64,000 bases of DNA from Gemmatimonadaceae bacterium (GTDB lineage Bacteria; Gemmatimonadota; Gemmatimonadetes; Gemmatimonadales; Gemmatimonadaceae). Both the position numbers and the translations under genes were made by a program. Below the pieces are notes generated by a model. The model did not search any database, had not been told where the DNA came from, and saw only the letters and a list, made by a program, of their open reading frames with translations. The stretch covers positions 96,001-160,000 of the forward strand of contig JBHYGA010000005.1 in the NCBI GenBank assembly GCA_051859245.1, written 5' to 3'. Below, piece by piece: positions 1-10,660 of the stretch; the stretch's first letter is position 1, and every line of letters starts with the position of its first letter.

Positions 1-1429
<1,429 letters not shown>

Positions 1430-1541
1430 TTACTGGTAACCCCGAAAAATAACCGGAAACAGGGCTGGACGCAACTTTGTACGGCTCTCGTAAGTGATTG
1501 CCAATCAACCACTTACGATTCGAGTTTTGGCCCTTGACGGA

Positions 1542-1847
1542 TCAGCGTTGTAGCACCAGTCGCAGCCGCGCGATCGGTGGACGCGAACCGTCGGCGTTCA
1601 GCGCTTTCAGAAGCTCTGGCTCCATGAGCGACAGCTCCGTCATCCAGCCGTTTGAGCGCACGGAAATCACCAAGGTGCCATCGCGCTGCAGGGCCACCGG
1701 TTCAGTCACCGCGGCGATCTGCGGGCCGACGAGCGCCGGCCACTCGGGGATCACGCGCGCCTGGGCCATGCGGTCGGTCAGGCCCGCGCGGTCGATCACC
1801 GATGCGAGGATATCGCTGAGTTTCGCGGGCTTGCGGGGGGAGGTCAT
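1542..1847 (-). CDS. DUF721/DciA family protein
   Basis: 101 aa with WPALVGPQIA...LVISVRSNGWMTEL; sits in the typical recF-DUF721-gyrB position. Confidence 0.85.
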   Translation of the reverse strand: MTSPRKPAKLSDILASVIDRAGLTDRMAQARVIPEWPALVGPQIAAVTEPVALQRDGTLVISVRSNGWMTELSLMEPELLKALNADGSRPPIARLRLVLQR

Positions 1848-1897
1848 GGCGCGACCTGCTGGTGCGGGTGGCGTATCTGGCTGAGGTTGGCGATGGG

Positions 1898-2092
1898 TGC
1901 GGCCTTTCGAAAATGCGAGGCCGAAAGGCCGAATGGCCATGGGCTCCCGCAACTGGGCCGAATGACCGAATCAGACAGCACGCCGCGACTGGCGACGGTG
2001 TTGCTTTTGCAGTTCCCGATTCGGTCATTTGGCCCCCGTGCGGGAGCCCATGGCCATTCGGCCATTCGGCCTCCCCGTTTCGAAAGCCCGCA
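1898..2092. repeat. REP-like inverted pair of ~80-bp units (family A)
   Basis: gaggccgaaaggccgaatggccatgggctcccgc...ggccgaatgaccgaatc and its imperfect reverse complement at 2007-2092. The same unit recurs at 63032-63267. Confidence 0.85.
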
Positions 2093-2136
2093 CAGAGACA
2101 CCCAACTCTCCCAATCGGTCTCCACCATCCGCACCA

Positions 2137-3249
2137 TCACTCCAATACCCCCGCCCGCATCCCCTTCCGAGGCAACGCCGTAAACGCCGCCGGTATATCC
2201 TCTGCCCGCGGCACCACAATCACCACTTGCCCCACCCCAGTCACCGCCAGCAACGACAAAATCGCCGCCGCTCGCTTCGCATCCAACTCCGCGAATGGAT
2301 CATCCAGCAACAGCAACGGCGGCGCGCCCAGCACCGCGTGCACCGTGGCCGATTCACGCATGCGTAAGGCAATCGCGGCCGTGCGCTGCTGTCCCGCGGA
2401 CCCAAACGTGCGCAAGTCGCGACCACCAAGCTGCAGTTGCAGTTCATCACGATGCGGTCCAACCATTGTGACGCCGCGTCGTAACTCCTGTGCGCGCTGT
2501 GCCTCAAAGTGCGAGGCAATCATGGCCGGCAACTCATCGTCGCTGCACTCGGCCACGCCGCTGACGTACCGCAGTGTGCAGGGCAGCGATTCACCAATCG
2601 CGGCGCATAGCTCGGCGTATTCACGCGCGTGCTGATCGGCCCACGCACGCCGTGCGCTGATCAGTACCGCGCCATGTTCGCACATGGCCGGCTCCCACAC
2701 CGCCGCATTCGCCGCAGCGCTGGCGGTTGTGCGCCCGTGTCGCTGCAACTCACGCAGCGTGGCGTTTCGCCGCAGCAGCGCGGCGCGATACTGTTGCAAA
2801 CTGTTCAGATACGCGCGCGATGTGAGCGCCAGCGCCACGTCAAGAAAACGTCGACGTTCACCAGGCCCGCCCGACACGAGACTCACATCGCTGGGCGAAA
2901 AACACACGCTCGGCAGTGCGCCGAGGGCGTCGGACAATCGCGATTGCTCGACCCCGTCGAGTGTGGCGCGTTTGCGTTTGCTCGTGCGTTCAAATCCGAC
3001 ACTTGCGGCGTGCACGCGTGCTGGCGCGCCGAGTGTTGCACGCACGTGAAATCCAGCGGTCCCAAATCGCACCACGTCGGCGTCGCGCGCGCCACGCCAC
3101 GAGCGCAGCAACCGCAAATACGCAATGGCTTCGAGCAGGTTTGTTTTACCGTGCCCATTATCACCCACCACGGCGAGCCCCGCCGGATCTACGTCGAGAT
3201 CAAGTGCGGCGAGATTACGAAAATCGCGAATGGTGAGGTGTTCAAGCAT
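2137..3249 (-). CDS. recF: DNA replication and repair protein RecF
   Basis: FRN, Walker A GDNGHGKTNLLEA, GPHRDEL, GSAGQQRT, LLLLDDPFAELD. Confidence 0.96.
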   Translation of the reverse strand: MLEHLTIRDFRNLAALDLDVDPAGLAVVGDNGHGKTNLLEAIAYLRLLRSWRGARDADVVRFGTAGFHVRATLGAPARVHAASVGFERTSKRKRATLDGVEQSRLSDALGALPSVCFSPSDVSLVSGGPGERRRFLDVALALTSRAYLNSLQQYRAALLRRNATLRELQRHGRTTASAAANAAVWEPAMCEHGAVLISARRAWADQHAREYAELCAAIGESLPCTLRYVSGVAECSDDELPAMIASHFEAQRAQELRRGVTMVGPHRDELQLQLGGRDLRTFGSAGQQRTAAIALRMRESATVHAVLGAPPLLLLDDPFAELDAKRAAAILSLLAVTGVGQVVIVVPRAEDIPAAFTALPRKGMRAGVLE

Positions 3250-3266
3250 GCGTGCGGCGCAACAAC

Positions 3267-4046
3267 TCAGCGGCCAGTAAACGTTGCGGTGCGCTTCTCC
3301 AGAAACGCTTGCATGCCTTCCTTCACATCCTGCGTAGCCGACATCACTCCAAACAAATCGCTCTCGGCGAGTGCGCCTTCTTCGAGTGTGCTATCGAGTC
3401 CGCGATTCACCGCATCAATGCAGCCGGCAATCGCCAGCGGTGCGTTCGCGAGCATCGCGTTCGCGAGGGCTTTGGCGCGTTCCATCAAGTCGGACGCGGG
3501 CACCAACTCGTCGGCCAGCCCCAGTCGATGCGCTTCGGTGGCATCAATCATGTCACCCGTGAGCAACAGCTTGAGGGCCGCGCCGCGACCGATCAATCGT
3601 GGCAAGCGCTGTGTACCGGCAAATCCTGGCACGATGCCGAGCTTTACTTCCGGCTGTCCAAACTTTGCCTTGTCGCTCGCGATGCGAACGTGACAGGACA
3701 TGGCCAGTTCACAGCCACCGCCCAACGCAAATCCGTTGACGACGGCGATCGTTGGCTTGGCGCTCGTTTCGAAGCGGCGGAACACGCGCTGTCCGGCACG
3801 CGCGCGCTGTTGCGCCTCGAGCGGGCTCTGACTCGCGAGCTCCGAGATGTCAGCACCCGCGACGAACGCGCGTCCAGCGCCCGTCAACAACACCACACCG
3901 ACATCGGCGCGTGTGTTGGCTTCGTCAATCGCCACACCCAGTTCCGCGATGGTCGCGTCGTTGAGTGCGTTCAGTTTGTCGGGCCGGTTCACGGTGATCG
4001 TGGCAATCCGGTCAGCAACGTCGAAAGTGAGATTGATGTAGGACAT
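3267..4046 (-). CDS. enoyl-CoA hydratase (crotonase family)
   Basis: NRPDKLNALN, AFVAGADI, ALGGGCELAM, FGQPEVKLG. Start taken at MSYINL. Confidence 0.93.
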   Translation of the reverse strand: MSYINLTFDVADRIATITVNRPDKLNALNDATIAELGVAIDEANTRADVGVVLLTGAGRAFVAGADISELASQSPLEAQQRARAGQRVFRRFETSAKPTIAVVNGFALGGGCELAMSCHVRIASDKAKFGQPEVKLGIVPGFAGTQRLPRLIGRGAALKLLLTGDMIDATEAHRLGLADELVPASDLMERAKALANAMLANAPLAIAGCIDAVNRGLDSTLEEGALAESDLFGVMSATQDVKEGMQAFLEKRTATFTGR

Positions 4047-4170
4047 GTGGGCGAGGTTAGGTGAATCCGGAAATCTAGCGGCAGGGCCCAACGTGCGGCC
4101 GACGTGCTCCCGGAGCCAGGCACGACGTGGTGCAACGCGCCGCGACGCGCAACGGCGAGTAAGATACCGC

Positions 4171-5220
4171 ATGTCACAGAGTGCTCATTCATTGAATCCG
4201 CCGTTCGACACGGTGAGCTGGTCGGCCGATGGTCGCGCGCTGCGGCTGCTTGACCAGCGCTTGTTGCCTGGTGTTGAGCAGTATCTGGAAACGCGCGACG
4301 TGAACGCCACGGTGGAGGCGATTCGCACGCTCGCCGTGCGCGGAGCGCCGGCGATTGGTGTGGCGGCGGCTATGGGGCTGGTCGTGGCCGTGGAGCATGC
4401 GATGGAACACGCGCCTGGTGCGCCGCTGGCCGCACGACGCTCGCTGCCGCACCTTGCCGCCACGCTTGAGGCATCGCGCCCCACCGCGGTCAATCTGCGA
4501 TGGGCGCTGCAACGCATGCTGCGTGCGGCCGACGGCCTCTCCGACGAGGATCTTATGGTCGGACTTCGCGCCGAGGCTACGCGCATTCTCGATGAGGACC
4601 GTGCCATGTGTCTGGCAATTGGTGAGGCCGGCGCACCGTTCATCATGGAAGGGTCCGGCGTTCTCACGCATTGCAACGCCGGCGCGCTGGCGACGGCCGG
4701 CATTGGAACGGCGCTCGCGCCCATGTATGTGGCGCATGCGCGTGGCGTTTCGTTTCATGTTTTCGCCGACGAAACGCGTCCGCTGCTGCAAGGTGCACGG
4801 TTGACCAGCTGGGAACTGCAACGGGCCGGCATTTCGGTAACCGTGCAGCCCGATGGCGCCGCCGCGTCATTGCTGCGCGCTGGCGCCGTGCAGGCGGTCT
4901 TCGTTGGCGCGGATCGTATTGCCGCAAACGGTGATGTGGCGAACAAGGTGGGGACCTACCCACTGGCACTCGCGGCGCGCGCGCATGGCATCCCGTTTCA
5001 TGTGTGCGCGCCGTACAGCACGTTCGATGCGAACACGCCGACCGGACGCGATATTGAGATCGAACATCGTCATCGCGATGAGTTGGCGTTCGCGGGTGAA
5101 CGCGTAGTGTTGCCCGCACACGTACCCGTGCACAATCCGGCGTTCGATGTCACCCCACGCGAATTGATCACGCACTACATCACCGAGCGCGGCGTTGTCT
5201 CGCCGCCGTTTACCAACTGA
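4171..5220 (+). CDS. mtnA: S-methyl-5-thioribose-1-phosphate isomerase
   Basis: VRGAPAIG, SRPTAVNL, THCNAGALAT, ETRPLLQGARLT, GADRIAANGDVANKVGT. Confidence 0.95.
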   Translation: MSQSAHSLNPPFDTVSWSADGRALRLLDQRLLPGVEQYLETRDVNATVEAIRTLAVRGAPAIGVAAAMGLVVAVEHAMEHAPGAPLAARRSLPHLAATLEASRPTAVNLRWALQRMLRAADGLSDEDLMVGLRAEATRILDEDRAMCLAIGEAGAPFIMEGSGVLTHCNAGALATAGIGTALAPMYVAHARGVSFHVFADETRPLLQGARLTSWELQRAGISVTVQPDGAAASLLRAGAVQAVFVGADRIAANGDVANKVGTYPLALAARAHGIPFHVCAPYSTFDANTPTGRDIEIEHRHRDELAFAGERVVLPAHVPVHNPAFDVTPRELITHYITERGVVSPPFTN

Positions 5221-5230
5221 GGACGCTGCG

Positions 5231-6703
5231 ATGCATGTGTTGGCGATCGATCAGGGGACAACTGGTTCCACGTGTCTGGTGCTGGCGGCCGATGGACGTA
5301 TTGTCGGGCGTGCCTACCGTGAAATCACGCAGCACTATCCGCAGCCAGGATGGGTAGAGCACGACGCGGTGGAGATTGCAACGCGCACCTTTGAAGCGGC
5401 GCGCGAAGCGATTGCGAATGCCGGTGTTGTGCCCAATGCGGTAGGCATCACGAATCAACGCGAAACAATTGTGCTGTGGGATCGCGCGACGGGTGAACCG
5501 GTGCACCGTGCGATTGTATGGCAGGATCGTCGCACGGCCGATCGTTGTCGAGCGCTCGACTCCAGTGCGGCGGATATTCAGAAACGCACCGGCCTCGTGA
5601 CCGATCCGTACTTCAGCGCCACCAAGCTGGAGTGGCTGCTTGGTCAGCCGAAACTCGCCGCACGTGCACAACGCGGAGAGTTGGCCGCGGGAACGATCGA
5701 TTCGTTTCTCATCTGGCACCTGACTGGTGGGTCGGTACACGCGACCGATCCAACCAATGCGTCGCGCACCATGTTGTACGACATCGAGAAGCGCGCCTGG
5801 AGTCCGGAGCTGCTCGAACTGTTTGGTGTGCCGGCGTCGTTGTTGCCCGATGTGCGTCGTTCAAGCGGATTTTTTGGTACCACCACAAAAGCGTCAATCG
5901 GCGCCGAGCTGCCGATTCTGGGCGTGGCTGGTGATCAGCAGGCGGCACTGTTCGGACAGGGCGGATGGCACGCCGGTGGTGGCAAGAACACGTACGGCAC
6001 CGGCGCGTTCCTGCTGCTCAATACGGGCCAGACTCGCCCCGAACCGGGCGACGGCTTGCTCACTACGATCGCCTGTGATGCGAGCGGCAACCCGACCTTC
6101 GCGCTCGAGGCCTCCATTTTTGTGGCGGGCGCGGCGGTGCAGTGGTTACGCGACGGACTCGGTATCATTGCCAACGCGTCGGAAACCGAGGCGATTGCGC
6201 GCTCCGTGGCCAGCACAGACGGCGTCTACTTTGTGCCAGCGCTGACCGGTCTCGGCGCGCCCGACTGGGAACCTCACGCGCGCGGGACAATCACCGGGCT
6301 TACCCGCGGTACCACATCGGCGCACCTGGTGCGCGCCGCCCTGGAAGCGATGGCCTTTGGAACGGTCGACGTGTTGTCATTGATGCGCGCCAAGGGACGT
6401 GTGCCTTTTGACCGGCTGCGCGTGGACGGCGGCGCCACCAGCAACGACTGGCTCATGCAGTTTCAGGCGGACGCACTCGGCGTGCCCGTGGAGCGTCCCG
6501 ACATTGTCGAGACCACGGCGCTCGGCGCGGCCGGGCTCGCCGGGATCGCCGGCGGCGTGTGGAAGGACGCCGAAGCGTTCATTAATGCGCGCCGATTCAC
6601 CCGGTTCGTGCCCGGTGACGGGACAGCGGCCGCGCAATCGGGACACGCCGGCTGGAGACGGGCGGTGCGGGCAACGCTTTCGTGGGCGCGGGACCGATCG
6701 TAA
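5231..6703 (+). CDS. glpK: glycerol kinase
   Basis: AIDQGTTG, GITNQRET, WQDRRT, GDQQAALFGQ, KNTYGTG, RVDGG. Confidence 0.95.
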   Translation: MHVLAIDQGTTGSTCLVLAADGRIVGRAYREITQHYPQPGWVEHDAVEIATRTFEAAREAIANAGVVPNAVGITNQRETIVLWDRATGEPVHRAIVWQDRRTADRCRALDSSAADIQKRTGLVTDPYFSATKLEWLLGQPKLAARAQRGELAAGTIDSFLIWHLTGGSVHATDPTNASRTMLYDIEKRAWSPELLELFGVPASLLPDVRRSSGFFGTTTKASIGAELPILGVAGDQQAALFGQGGWHAGGGKNTYGTGAFLLLNTGQTRPEPGDGLLTTIACDASGNPTFALEASIFVAGAAVQWLRDGLGIIANASETEAIARSVASTDGVYFVPALTGLGAPDWEPHARGTITGLTRGTTSAHLVRAALEAMAFGTVDVLSLMRAKGRVPFDRLRVDGGATSNDWLMQFQADALGVPVERPDIVETTALGAAGLAGIAGGVWKDAEAFINARRFTRFVPGDGTAAAQSGHAGWRRAVRATLSWARDRS

Positions 6704-6859
6704 CGGGGCAGCCGAGTCGTTCGCGCCGAAATCGGTCACTCGACCCGTGACGTTCGAGGCGCACGGCACTATGTTCAGGAAAGGACCAGCCAAAGGAACT
6801 ACGCCGCAGGGTGAAGGTTTTACCTGTGGCTGGTAACGCACTAACTCGGGGCGGATCTC

Positions 6860-7309
6860 GTGAAAGCTCGCAGCAAGTTTCTGATCGGTGGACTGCTCGT
6901 TTTTGGAACGTCGGGCATTCTCATGGCCAGTTCAACCAAGGAAACAGCGCAGTACTTTCTCACGCCGACGGAACTGTCCGCGAAAGTTGCCGACAGTCCC
7001 AAGTTCGCGAAGGTGGGCGTGAAGGTTGGCGCGGCGGTCGTCAAAGGATCAGTTGTGCGCGATCCAGATGGTCGAAGTGTGACGTTCAGCATGACCGATA
7101 GCACGACCACATACAAAGTGACTTACCGCGGCCTGATCCCCGACACGTTCACCGACGAAGTGACGGTGGTCGTGGAAGGAAGATTGAACGAAGCCGGCGT
7201 TTTCGAAGCGACGGACCTGATTGCCAAGTGCGCGTCCCGCTACGAAAACGAGCCGGACAAGTATCCACAATCGCCGAGCTATCCCACGGGCACCAAGCCC
7301 GCTGCGTGA
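6860..7309 (+). CDS. ccmE: cytochrome c maturation heme chaperone CcmE (CxxxY type)
   Basis: N-terminal TM, YFLTPTEL, YRGLIPDTF, VVVEG, LIAKCASRY; directly upstream of ccmF. Confidence 0.9.
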   Translation: MKARSKFLIGGLLVFGTSGILMASSTKETAQYFLTPTELSAKVADSPKFAKVGVKVGAAVVKGSVVRDPDGRSVTFSMTDSTTTYKVTYRGLIPDTFTDEVTVVVEGRLNEAGVFEATDLIAKCASRYENEPDKYPQSPSYPTGTKPAA

Positions 7310-7333
7310 GCCGCGGCGCTCACCCCTCCTGAT

Positions 7334-9367
7334 GTGATTCTCGTTGGCGAGTTGTCGCTCTGGGTCGCCATTCTGATGGCGGCCTGGACGACCACGGTCT
7401 CCTGGGCTGGCGGATATCAGCGCCGCTCCGACCTGGTCTTCAGTGGCGAACGGGCCATGTACGCCACGTTCGCGTTCACCACAGTCGCATCGATCGGCCT
7501 GTGGTACGCCCTCTTCACGCACGACTTCTCGCTGAAGTTCGTGTCGTCCTATACGAGTAGAAATCTGCCGTCGGTCTACCTGTTCTCCAGTTTCTGGGCG
7601 GGACAGGCGGGCTCGATGTTGTTCTGGACGTTGATCCTTGCCATGTACGGCGCGCTGGCGGTGTTCTTTAATCGCCATCGACTGCGCACGATGATGCCGT
7701 GGGTCACGGGGACAATGGGCTTGGTGACGTTATTCTTTCTGCTCACGACGGCATTCGGCGCCAATCCATTCGAGCGTCTTGATTGGGTGCCGGCCGACGG
7801 CCGTGGCATGAATCCGCAGTTGCAGAATCCGGGCATGGCGATTCATCCGCCCATGCTCTACTTCGGATATGTCGCGACCGCTGTGCCGTTTGCGTTCGCG
7901 ATCGGTGCACTGATCACGCGTCAGCTTGATGGTGAATGGTTGGCCGCGGTGCGTCGCTGGTCACTGCTCTCCTGGTTCTTCCTCACGATTGGCATCGTGC
8001 TCGGCATGTGGTGGGCGTACGTGGAACTCGGCTGGTCCGGCTACTGGGCCTGGGATGCCGTGGAAAACTCATCGCTGCTGCCCTGGTTGAGTGGTACCGC
8101 GTTCCTGCATTCCATCATGATTCAGGAAAAGCGCGGCATGCTGAAAAAGTGGAACGTGACGCTGGTTGTACTCACGTTCCTGCTGTCGATTCTGGGCACG
8201 TTCATTACGCGCAGCGGCGTGATTGAAAGCGTGCATGCCTTCGCGCAGTCGAGCGTGGGCTCGTGGTTCCTGTGGTTCCTGATTGGCTCAACGATTCTCA
8301 CCGCCGTGCTCGTGTCCACGCGACTCAAGGACATGGAAGCGAAGGCCGAGCTGGAGAGCATGGTGAGCCGCGAGGCCGCGTTCCTGTATAACAACCTGGT
8401 GCTCGTTGGTATCGCGTTTACCACGTTGTGGGGCACGCTTTTCCCGATTTTATCGGAATGGGTGCAGGACGAAAAAATCACCGTCGGGCCGCCGTTCTTT
8501 AACTCGGTGAACACGCCACTCGGTCTGCTGTTGCTCGCGCTCACCGGCATTGGCCCGCTGATCGCGTGGCGTCGTGCATCGAGTGCCAATCTCAAGCGTC
8601 AGTTCCTCGCTCCGTCCATTGTGGGTGTCACGGCGGTGGTCGTGCTGCTGGCGCTGGGCATGCGACACTTCTACGCCCTCGTGTTCTATGGCTTGGCCGC
8701 GTTTGTGGCCACCACGATCACGATGGAGTTTGTGAAGGGCATCGGTGCGCGTCGTCGCATGTATCAGGAGAACCTGGCCATGGCCAGTGTGCGACTCGTG
8801 GTGCGCAACCGTCGGCGTTACGGTGGCTACGTGGTGCACTTTGGCGTGGTGGTGATGTTTGCCGCGTTCGCCGGCTCGTACTTCAAGAAAGACTACGCCG
8901 AAGTGGATCTGAAAACGGGCGACACGTTCACCGCGACCGATCCGTGGGGCGATACGTGGACGTTTACGAGTGAGGGCATGAACTCATTCGAGACATTGAA
9001 TCGTCGCGTCACGGCGATCAGTCTGGTGGCCACGTACAACGGCAAGCCAATGGGTCGCATGCTGGCGGAAAAGCGTCAGCATTTTGACAGCAATCGGGCG
9101 GAAACGTTTGAGCCGTCCACTGAAGTCGCGATCATGGAAATGGCGCGACAGGATGTGTACGTGTTCTTCTCGGGACTGCGCGATGCGGAAACGGCCGTGC
9201 TCACGTTCAACTTCAACCCGCTCGTCATCTGGGTGTGGATTGGCGGATTCATCATGGCGTTCGGTGGTGTGATCGTGATGTGGCCGCAAGCGGAACGCCG
9301 CGAGCGCGGTTATGTGGCCGAACTGGCGCCGCAGCATGATGGGGCGCTGGTGGGAGCGGGCGCGTGA
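7334..9367 (+). CDS. ccmF: cytochrome c heme lyase CcmF
   Basis: Multi-TM protein with GMNPQLQNPGMAIHPP, WWAYVELGWSGYWAWDAVEN and TRSGVIESVHAF. Confidence 0.95.
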   Translation: MILVGELSLWVAILMAAWTTTVSWAGGYQRRSDLVFSGERAMYATFAFTTVASIGLWYALFTHDFSLKFVSSYTSRNLPSVYLFSSFWAGQAGSMLFWTLILAMYGALAVFFNRHRLRTMMPWVTGTMGLVTLFFLLTTAFGANPFERLDWVPADGRGMNPQLQNPGMAIHPPMLYFGYVATAVPFAFAIGALITRQLDGEWLAAVRRWSLLSWFFLTIGIVLGMWWAYVELGWSGYWAWDAVENSSLLPWLSGTAFLHSIMIQEKRGMLKKWNVTLVVLTFLLSILGTFITRSGVIESVHAFAQSSVGSWFLWFLIGSTILTAVLVSTRLKDMEAKAELESMVSREAAFLYNNLVLVGIAFTTLWGTLFPILSEWVQDEKITVGPPFFNSVNTPLGLLLLALTGIGPLIAWRRASSANLKRQFLAPSIVGVTAVVVLLALGMRHFYALVFYGLAAFVATTITMEFVKGIGARRRMYQENLAMASVRLVVRNRRRYGGYVVHFGVVVMFAAFAGSYFKKDYAEVDLKTGDTFTATDPWGDTWTFTSEGMNSFETLNRRVTAISLVATYNGKPMGRMLAEKRQHFDSNRAETFEPSTEVAIMEMARQDVYVFFSGLRDAETAVLTFNFNPLVIWVWIGGFIMAFGGVIVMWPQAERRERGYVAELAPQHDGALVGAGA

Positions 9368-9966
9368 GCATCGGTGTAACTCGGCGCGCGTTCTTTGTGC
9401 GATCCGCAGCGCTCGCGCCGGTGGTGTTGGCGGCGCCGGCGCTGTTGCGCGCGCAAAACGCAGCGACGGTGAACATGAACGGGGATTTTTACATTCCCGT
9501 TCGACCCGCGCCCAAGCCCAACGCGACGGCGCAGCTCGATGACGATGCGATCCAGGCGCTTGAGCGCACGCTGGCATGCCCGTGTCCGTGTACGCTCGAT
9601 GTGTACACGTGCCGTACCACTGACGTGTTGTGCACGAACTCACCGGCCATTCATCGCGATGTGGTGCGGATGGTGGAAGGCGGATATTCGGGTGACGAAA
9701 TCGTGTCGCAGCTGACCGGTGTGTACGGCCAGCGCATTCTCGCGTTGCCCAAAAAAGAAGGCTTCAATCTCGTTGGCTGGTTCTTTCCGTTCGTGGCCAT
9801 TGGCACTGGTGGATTGGCGATTGCCTATCTGCTGCGCACGTGGCGGCAGAACGCGGTGGCCGCCGCAGCGCTGGCCACCACAAGTGGCGTGCGCTCGATT
9901 GGCGTGCAGGCCACCGATGAAGAAATGGCGCGCCTGAACGCGGCGCTCCGCGACGACTCACGCTGA
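9364..9966 (+). CDS. ccmH: CcmH-like cytochrome c biogenesis protein
   Basis: LACPCPC, a YG..IL..P motif followed by a TM helix; overlaps the ccmF stop; twin-Arg N-terminus. Confidence 0.75.
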   Translation: MSIGVTRRAFFVRSAALAPVVLAAPALLRAQNAATVNMNGDFYIPVRPAPKPNATAQLDDDAIQALERTLACPCPCTLDVYTCRTTDVLCTNSPAIHRDVVRMVEGGYSGDEIVSQLTGVYGQRILALPKKEGFNLVGWFFPFVAIGTGGLAIAYLLRTWRQNAVAAAALATTSGVRSIGVQATDEEMARLNAALRDDSR

Positions 9967-9976
9967 CTCGTGACCC

Positions 9977-10528
9977 ATGTTTGAGAGCGCTTCACTCCCG
10001 CTGATTCTCGGTACGCTGCTCGCCCTTGGCGCGCTGTCATACGTGTTGCTGCCGCTGCTGAATACAGCCGAGGAGACGGAGGCGGCGGTGTCGCGATCCG
10101 CAGCCAAGGGTGAGGCGCAAGCTGCGAACGTGGTGAAGGAAGACGGCATGGCTGTGGCCGCGCTGCGAGAGATTGAGTTTGATCGCGCGACGGGCAAACT
10201 GTCGGACAAGGACTACGAAGAACTCAAAGTCAAGTACACCAAAATGGCTTTGCTTGAGCTGCGTGAGCAGGACGACGCGAGTTATGTGCGTGCTGCGGCG
10301 CTGGACGGTGCAGCGGCCAACGAGGATCCAGTGGAAGCCGCAGTGCGCGCGGTGCAGGCGCGCCGTCCGAAATGTGGCACCTGCGGTCCGCGTCCCGAGA
10401 GTGATTCGGTGTACTGCTCGGGATGCGGCAGCTATTTGCCTGGCGCGTGCGGTTCGTGTGGCGCCACCGTCAAACTGCCGGGCGCGCGGTTCTGTGACAG
10501 CTGCGGCGGAGCGCTCGCGGCGGCGTAG
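9977..10528 (+). CDS. membrane-anchored protein with CcmI-like N-terminus and C-terminal zinc ribbons
   Basis: N-terminal TM, LREIEFDRATGKLSDKDYEELK, four CxxC motifs. Confidence 0.7.
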   Translation: MFESASLPLILGTLLALGALSYVLLPLLNTAEETEAAVSRSAAKGEAQAANVVKEDGMAVAALREIEFDRATGKLSDKDYEELKVKYTKMALLELREQDDASYVRAAALDGAAANEDPVEAAVRAVQARRPKCGTCGPRPESDSVYCSGCGSYLPGACGSCGATVKLPGARFCDSCGGALAAA

Positions 10529-10660
10529 GTCCTGCCACGCTACGTTTCCATCCTGTTCTCGTTTGAGCCAACGCTTGAGTGCTCGCGGGATCGATAAAGA
10601 ATGAACGCAGAATCGCAGAGTAGCTGTGTTCCAAGCAGTTGCAGTTCCCCGCGCCCCAAA

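Noticed and set aside
6785..6834. Riboswitch upstream of ccmE (accagcca/tggctggt hairpin)
   Set aside because: A single ~50-nt hairpin with no match to an aptamer I recognise.
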